A DNA stretch of 64,000 nt, taken from contig CM074511.1 of assembly GCA_037379345.1 (NCBI GenBank), positions 55,000,862 to 55,064,861 of the forward strand. The letters are read 5' to 3'. Shown here piece after piece: positions 59,601 to 64,000 of this stretch. Origin of the DNA: Perna viridis (lineage: Eukaryota). The position numbers were made by a program, and so were the translations under genes. The notes beneath the pieces were generated by a model. It did not search any database. It worked only from the letters and a program-made list of their open reading frames with translations, and was not told the DNA's origin. How positions within the stretch are numbered: position 1 is the first letter of the stretch; every line of letters begins with the position of its first letter.

Positions 59601-60333
59601 AATATTTTTTGCAGGATGTTTTTGCACTTAATGATGGTGTGCAAGGTCATAGGATCTTGATTTTCATGGAATATTACGGAACTGGGTGATAGTTAGACTT
59701 TGTTATTTTTGTCAGAAATATATCCCAAGCAACAAAGTTAGGGATTTGTAATGGAGGTATTAACATTTTTTATGTGTCCATTAATACGTCCATCAGTCCT
59801 TTTTTTCTCATCGCAACTAGTCTGACACTACCAAACAGAATTTCATGACACTGTGTGGCCAGGATACAATATGCATATATTTAGGACTTTTTGATCCCCA
59901 AATTGATCCCCAGACCATGAGTAACAGAAGTCTTGGAAGGATTTCTGAATATGCAAATCATGTCTTCATACAAGATAAACATGTTCCTAGTTTGGCAAAT
60001 CTAGCGAGCGGGGGCATCATTAGTGTCTTACAGACATTTGATTTACTAAAAGATAAAATCACTACTAACAATGGCATGGGGGCTCCTGTGATGAACAAGG
60101 CTTCTAGTTTTTAAACTTTAATGCCATGATTTATTAACTGTCACCTATTTGATTCTATTTTTTAGGTCTCTAAAGAACTTTCAGCAACAATACTTGCTGA
60201 CTTCCAGAAACTGATTGAGACAGTAATGGGCTACCTGGCTCAAGTATCTAAATCTCTGGAAAAATACAGTGATAAACCAACTGCCAAATTTTGGAGAGTT
60301 CTTTTCCACAAAATTTGTGAGCTCCTTGACAAA
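32522..60333 (+). CDS. HEATR1: HEAT repeat-containing protein 1 (UTP10, SSU processome), first 30 coding exons (about 1576 aa); continues beyond the window
   Basis: N-terminus MTSLAKQLERLAVP...SLLFDPKEAA, plus FERSIQTKEVN, PAHKAIEWLIYRYHIH, LHNIMSVFTFMG and VFVDAFPHIPHHRRL match the HEATR1/UTP10 family. All exons GT-AG and phase-consistent. Confidence 0.95.
32862..33078 (+). CDS. HEATR1: HEATR1 exon
   Basis: TNGLAELETID...PAHKAIEWLIYR. Confidence 0.95.
33483..33627 (+). CDS. HEATR1: HEATR1 exon
   Basis: YHIHQFNVDSLMLSMLPYHESKIFVRVVQLL...WDWLDEIQ. Confidence 0.95.
33861..33962 (+). CDS. HEATR1: HEATR1 exon
   Basis: KTGVNLSRSALVNHCRTDIGFMGMIC. Confidence 0.92.
34321..34578 (+). CDS. HEATR1: HEATR1 exon
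   Basis: AQDSED...YKASTYMIIAEL...TICK. Confidence 0.92.
34829..34914 (+). CDS. HEATR1: HEATR1 exon
   Basis: YLSTHLITEAMSCLMLIFQTQNVTDFTR. Confidence 0.88.
35030..35293 (+). CDS. HEATR1: HEATR1 exon
   Basis: AFKKLTRQPGLLEVL...DSVTII. Confidence 0.88.
36133..36415. mobile_element. TA-flanked CTGTG...CACAG MITE; a sibling at 13597-14866 hosts the MULE-like insertion
   Basis: tactgtg...ttttcgtgg...agtactttcacagta; the right end is the reverse complement of the reconstructed empty site tactgtgaaagtac at 13597/14694. Confidence 0.6.
36450..36557 (+). CDS. HEATR1: HEATR1 exon
   Basis: MILEKLMKY...MRMLES. Confidence 0.85.
37522..37741 (+). CDS. HEATR1: HEATR1 exon
   Basis: YPKAVDRGIE...SLVLSLNHRLPTVRKKA. 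Confidence 0.9.
38073..38165 (+). CDS. HEATR1: HEATR1 exon
   Basis: VPDDGFMNDAILGRLRDDNIEVVTAALEAGS. Confidence 0.9.
38582..38768 (+). mobile_element. Solo copy of the tRNA-containing terminal repeat
   Basis: TGTAGC...GCTACA termini; TAGCAGAATC A box (38666) and GGTTCGATTC B box (38709); homologous to 29893-30102 and 30301-30444. Confidence 0.6.
38912..39012 (+). CDS. HEATR1: HEATR1 exon
   Basis: KIWELVSNKDELIKVLKCLL. Confidence 0.85.
39903..40087 (+). CDS. HEATR1: HEATR1 exon
   Basis: KAVVSSVLKML...LLPRFLIT...HFSK. Confidence 0.85.
40709..40851 (+). CDS. HEATR1: HEATR1 exon
   Basis: YQKRSRSPTRSPKKKKVDAA...KIRHDL. Confidence 0.82.
42095..42253. repeat. About 51-bp tandem repeat x3
   Basis: catctgtatgacattataagcactcttgtgccccatgtctttataaattt repeated. 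Confidence 0.88.
42529..42675 (+). CDS. HEATR1: HEATR1 exon
   Basis: INTWLESDLDFQGKIFMLMMLDQSL. Confidence 0.82.
43289..43442 (+). CDS. HEATR1: HEATR1 exon
   Basis: TGLGGDITTIDRAIH...IPKKLND. Confidence 0.82.
43669..44312. mobile_element. MITE with perfect 16-17-bp TIRs
   Basis: taa|GCCAGCACTCCACAGT ... ACTGTGGAGTGCTGGC|taa. Confidence 0.8.
44939..45087 (+). CDS. HEATR1: HEATR1 exon
   Basis: HYWCYHDNHHADDQVLEVLVELVDFIL. Confidence 0.82.
45428..45605 (+). CDS. HEATR1: HEATR1 exon
   Basis: VFFPEKEVLFRFLGMVWT...LQARALQI. Confidence 0.85.
46378..47248. mobile_element. Tc1/mariner (pogo/Tigger-like) MITE
   Basis: ta|CAGTGAAACTTCTCCAAA ... TTTGGAGAAGTTTCACTG|ta; perfect 18-bp TIR and TA TSD. 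Confidence 0.9.
47883..48058 (+). CDS. HEATR1: HEATR1 exon
   Basis: SINLLL...IREMAVQCLQ...EIVADPEFIAS. Confidence 0.87.
48610..48801 (+). CDS. HEATR1: HEATR1 exon
   Basis: VMKAVFKSLEEDVEKSPKKKKRR...TPYYIQKSVL. Confidence 0.87.
49140..49361 (+). CDS. HEATR1: HEATR1 exon
   Basis: KILATLLPKL...TIQTFSVNL. Confidence 0.87.
49599..49727 (+). CDS. HEATR1: HEATR1 exon
   Basis: ITEELFMALQGDSQKKILSTL. Confidence 0.87.
49975..50780 (+). mobile_element. Degenerate HINE (Helentron-associated non-autonomous element) with about 150-bp internal tandem units
   Basis: tttttatac..hairpin..(gtct/gtcc)n head, then recurring ttatgggactttattcataaaaa..ggg units. Confidence 0.55.
51085..51179 (+). CDS. HEATR1: HEATR1 exon
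   Basis: LPLDATHVATELEQCL...EAKRKR. Confidence 0.87.
51380..51697 (-). mobile_element. HERO/NeSL-type non-LTR retrotransposon remnant (restriction-like endonuclease region)
   Basis: Minus-strand fragments RHNQVLRELAEV, FPEILPPNMRPNTVLWS, LIVTWKDRCSEANEKKKTK and FQVETGCRGFP, in the canonical order of the RLE domain. Confidence 0.75.
52116..52265 (+). CDS. HEATR1: HEATR1 exon
   Basis: SWQKVTVILESVQEKKKLENYHVLLPVTFNLMS. Confidence 0.92.
52393..52900 (+). mobile_element. About 510-bp non-autonomous retroposon (same family as 22602-23114)
   Basis: 13-bp TSD acttctt(c/t)gggtc (52380-52392, 52901-52913); cgtaataggcgactaa motif; caaa/caat tail. Confidence 0.82.
53519..53622 (+). CDS. HEATR1: HEATR1 exon
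   Basis: SAEYIKQLILSLVRHIC. Confidence 0.9.
53925..54046 (+). CDS. HEATR1: HEATR1 exon
   Basis: FNMELIVQCVRSSDNPQTHHQALLVL. Confidence 0.94.
54290..55954. repeat. 34-bp G-rich minisatellite, about 47 copies
   Basis: Unit ggtggttacgggttagggggcttgccttttcct(t/a/c). Confidence 0.97.
54403..54460 (+). mobile_element. 58-bp retroposon 3'-tail insertion inside the minisatellite
   Basis: 11-bp TSD ttcctcggtgg; sequence gtctgaatatagctgaaatattgctgctcggacgttaaaccccaacaaacaaaca. Confidence 0.85.
55955..56160 (+). mobile_element. tRNA-derived SINE body with Meta-like central domain
   Basis: Degenerate B box gggtttaatc, then accaaagacttaataattggtaatcattgcttctcc...ctggttg..ggagtcaaaataatgtg...gtgagctagcac; recognised from memory as MetaSINE-like. 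Confidence 0.65.
56256..56384 (+). CDS. HEATR1: HEATR1 exon
   Basis: EKLLHNIMSVFTFMGDTILKQDDAYSFHII. Confidence 0.94.
56886..57137 (+). CDS. HEATR1: HEATR1 exon
   Basis: VIRVFVDAFPHIPHHRRLMLFTKLI. Confidence 0.92.
57568..57694 (+). CDS. HEATR1: HEATR1 exon
   Basis: TDTGPDKEFRLNLSSHF...YIMTLPDDKEE. Confidence 0.88.
58175..58344 (+). CDS. HEATR1: HEATR1 exon
   Basis: IFSIQHHTAKQLRHFKYES. Confidence 0.92.
58408..58476 (+). mobile_element. About 70-bp retroposon 3'-tail insertion
   Basis: 11-bp TSD ctcattttatt; same tail as 54403-54460. Confidence 0.85.
59125..60042 (+). mobile_element. HINE/Helentron-associated non-autonomous element with about 165-173-bp internal tandem repeats x3
   Basis: Subterminal inverted repeats ATGCCCCCGC (59131) and GCGGGGGCAT (60008); 5' hairpin, gtcc-type microsatellite and 3' palindrome agtgtct-tac-agacatt; inserted in a T-run. 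Confidence 0.8.
60166..60333 (+). CDS. HEATR1: HEATR1 exon (last one found in the window)
   Basis: DKPTAKFWRVLFHKICELLDK. Confidence 0.92.
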
Positions 60334-62059
60334 GTAAGTAAACAAATTCATGTTGTTTTGATGACTGTTAGTTCAGGATAAGGTCCTTGAATAGAATGGT
60401 TCATAATCCAAGGAAAGAAAAGCAGCTTATTTCCCTAGCTTATTATCATAGCTCCTTGTGTATGTGTGGGGTTACACATAGTTTTCATTATACCCCATGC
60501 TTTACAGTAGGTATTTAGTGATCATGGTGTTTGTCCATCCTCAATTTCTTTTGTTAAACACAAATTTTGTTTACATAGAAAATGAATAAATGTTATATAG
60601 CACTCCAGTTAAGAAATGTGATTCATGGATAAAAAGCCTATATATTTTTATTTTTGATATTTTATTTGAATTGCCATAGTAAACAGAAATTAACATTTAG
60701 TTTTTTTATATAACCCGTGTTCTTAGGAGATAAAAATCATGTAGAATGCATTTTATATTTCAAAATTAAGGGAGATAACTCTGTAAATGACACTCAAATA
60801 CAATAGAATCTATTGGATTTTCAATGTTGATTATCTCCTAAGAGCAGGCAGATTTGAATGAATAATTAGACATTTCATAGTATAGACCCATAAAACAACT
60901 TAATTACAAACAAAAATATGTAGCCTTTTTTTTTGGGGTGTATCACATATTCAGATTTTGCATGATTCTTACTAAGACAGCTACTTTAAAGCTAACAATG
61001 AATGACCTTTTTATCCAAAGGCTTTCAGTGGGTTGAAGTGTTTAATTGTATGAGTTATTGTCATTAAAAAGGATTTATCTGATTCATTGAGAGACTGTAT
61101 ATGACAACTTTTGTTGTTTTTGAATGTCTTCTGGGAACCTTTTATAAATAGAAGGAAACTCATCCAACTTCAGTTATCAAAATCACAGTAGATCTAATGG
61201 GTTCCTTGTATATTGTAACTTCTCTTGACCAAGGCAATGAATATGTTTTTATTATACCTCCACTTGCATAATTGGGGATATATAGTTTAGCCTCAAAATA
61301 GAAAGTTAAAAAAGATCTCATATTTGTATGTTGCAACTGTAACAAAATGGTAGTGCATCATAAGCCTCTAAAGGCTGATTGGTAAAAAAAAAAAAGCATA
61401 AATATGTTTAGTGTCATGACTATGTATGAATGTGATACAATGTCTATATATGCCAAGCTGCACTTAAAAATAAAATATCTATCTATAGTGATAGGGTGTC
61501 CTTCATTCCTTCTGTTACAAATAGGGGGATTCATCTCTTATCTGTTACTCCTCCTACACCACTGAATGGAATTTAATGAAACTTTCTCACAGAATCTTTC
61601 TTTAGTGTTGTATATGTTGACCTTTCATGTAAGATTTTGACCTGAAGTTTTTTTAGGTCTCACATCAGAAAACATGGACTTATCATTCCCTGACATTGGG
61701 TACCCATCTCTTATCCATAACACATTCTACACAACTTACTGGAATTTAATGAAACTTTCACCGAATGTTTGTTACATATTACCATTGTACACCCTCTTTT
61801 TTAGATTTTGATCCAAATCAATTTTGGTGACCACTTTTGGTTTGGGTCAAATTTTTGTCCAGTGTCAAATGTCTGACCATAAAAAAAATTCAAAGCTGTG
61901 TCAAGTTTAACTTACCTCTGTGGTTGTATCAAGCTGTGCACTGCGAAACATTTGATCTAGTACTTTTTTTTTATGATTACTAAAACAAAAGACTTTTAGA
62001 AAATAAGAAACCAATTTCCAGGTTTATTATAAAAAAACTTGACTGGTTTTGTAAGTAAT

Positions 62060-63140
62060 TACTAGTATATTAATATTTTTAATGGTGTACTTTACAAACA
62101 TGCTCCTATCGTTAACAAAAACAGTTGAAAAGAAAAAACAAATCGAGTGGTATAATTGTAATATACTTCATGCTAAAGGAATAAGACATAAATTTCATAG
62201 TGTTGGAATGTGGGATGGATATAAATCCTGGAGATACAAAACCTCACATATTATAGAAAACTCTTAAGAAAGAGTACTACAAAATGTATAATAAATTGTT
62301 TAGGGATTCAAAGGGTTCTAACACATTGTGGAACTGCATACACAGTCATGATTCATCAAAACAAATTAGGCAATATGAATTATGTATCAATAATGAGAAT
62401 ATGTATGTACTACTTACACACAGGATATTGTCAACGAATTTAGTAATTTTTTTACCCAATGTGTAAATTAAATGAGAAATGTGTGTAAACAGAACTCACC
62501 TGAACTAAATTTCAATGATTTAAAGAAATTTGTTTGATCTAAGTGCTCTGATAAAACCCTTTCAGTTCCACCTATTACTGTAAATGATTTGTGTTTGAAT
62601 CTAAAAAATCTCGATGAAAGTGAATCAATGGGACAGAAAAAGTTGGACCAAAGTTTTTGAAAATTAGTGCCGAAATGATAGTCACTTCCTTAACTTCTAT
62701 TTTTACAAGATAATAGACCAGGGAGTTTTTCCTGATGTTCTAAAAAAATGTTAAAGTCTCCCCAATATTTAAAGTTGGGGATATCACGAGCCCATCAAAA
62801 TACAGACCAATTTCAGTCTTACCAACTATTTCAAAAATTATTGAAAGATATATACAAAAGCAATTATATAAATATTTAGTACATTCTAACTTATTACACC
62901 CAGCAGTCTGGTTTTAGACCAGGTCATTCATGTCAAACAGCTCTTATAAACATTATTGATAATTTTTTAGAAAAACAGAATAGGTGGAAATTAAACATTG
63001 TACATATAGTATTTTAAAAAAGCGTTTGATATAATAAATCATGAAATTCTGTGCAAAAAATTAGAAATTAATGTTTGCAGTGAAATAGCTTTGAATTTTT
63101 TTCAATTATATTTACAAAACAGGACTCAGATTTTTCAAAT
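62060..63140 (+). mobile_element. CR1/L2-clade LINE ORF2 (reverse transcriptase) remnant, frameshifted
   Basis: KVSPIFKVGDITSPSKYRPISVLPTISKIIER..., QSGFRPGHSCQTALINIID, FKKAFDIINHEILCKKL. Confidence 0.85.
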
Positions 63141-63224
63141 GATAACTTGTTGGCATACAATTATGTTTTATTTACTAGTTCTCATTTGTGGCTTTGAAGT
63201 TAACCTTGTATTTTTATTTTTGTG

Positions 63225-63320
63225 TTAGGAAAGATTAGTTGTAAACTGACTGTTACCCTCTTTTCAGCCATTTAGGGAAGATTAGTTGTAAACTGACTGT
63301 TACCCTCTTTTCAGCCATTT
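63225..63320. repeat. 47-bp tandem duplication
   Basis: aagattagttgtaaactgactgttaccctcttttcagccattt x2. Confidence 0.9.
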
Positions 63321-64000
63321 GTTTCGAACTTCACTTCCTTCATGTTAGAAAGAAATGGTTTTTAATCATAAAATATTGTTTATAAAATAATCTTCGGATA
63401 AAGAGTCTAGTCAATAATTCAGACTATCATGTCCCTAGTTTGGACCCACAATACTATTTTGGAATGATCACCAACATTTCTTTGTATTGTATTATCGGTA
63501 TAAATGGCAACACTTATTTCCAAAGTGTGTTGGTGTGGGAGTCTTAAAGGACCATAACACACTATTCTTTAAGATTTCATAGAATGATTGTGCTTTGTCT
63601 ACATTCATTGTTTGTAAAACAGACTTTTAGATTCATTTACCTTCAATGGACCGTTGTAACAAAAAATCTTATCAAGAAAACTTGTGAACCATGGAATTGT
63701 GTTAATATTGAAAAAGATATATATTTGATTTTAAAAGTGAAACAGGGATTTAGTAGTATAAAACTTAGGGGTTAAAAGTTAAAGTTTTCAATAATATTGA
63801 ATAATTTATTAGTTTCTATTAAATCAATATAAAATTTAAACAAGTATGAGTTAATATGGCTAATTCTTACCATTTAACAAATCTTGTTTGTTTTCCATTT
63901 AAATGTCTAAGGGCCTCCTATTACGACCAGATGCTGGTTCAACTTCAATTAAATTAGTGTTAAATTTGTCACATTTAGTTTGATAAACTATTTTCCATCC

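Noticed and set aside
63255-63360. Next HEATR1 exon after the duplicated ctgac...ttttcag acceptor-like motif
   Set aside because: The downstream translation does not resemble the expected HEATR1 continuation and there is no good donor.

Overview
AT-rich, CpG-depleted, intron-rich animal genomic DNA. The repeat families (HINE/Helentron-like elements, Meta-type SINE, MITEs) suggest a bivalve mollusc, which is an inference. Three spliced genes were reconstructed by hand with phase-consistent GT-AG junctions. (1) The 3' half of a latrophilin/Cirl-like adhesion GPCR (+, TM3 to stop at 8168). (2) A complete MYSM1 histone H2A deubiquitinase (-, 15 coding exons, 29521 to 10259, about 1013 aa, SANT-SWIRM-JAMM). 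(3) The first 30 coding exons (about 1576 aa) of HEATR1/UTP10 (+, ATG 32522, running off the window). MYSM1 is tail-to-tail with the GPCR and head-to-head with HEATR1. Introns hold many nested transposon relics: MULE-like, Harbinger-like and Tc1/pogo MITEs, HINEs, Penelope-like, HERO-like and CR1/L2 remnants, and RTE-type non-autonomous retroposons. The most notable observations are a triplicated in-frame last-exon splice acceptor in MYSM1, a tRNA-bearing LTR/TRIM-like element, a 34-bp G-rich minisatellite apparently amplified from a SINE tRNA head, a candidate cassette exon in GPCR ICL3, and a roughly 10-fold excess of TACATGTA consistent with transposon excision footprints. Most ORFs in the supplied track are spurious.
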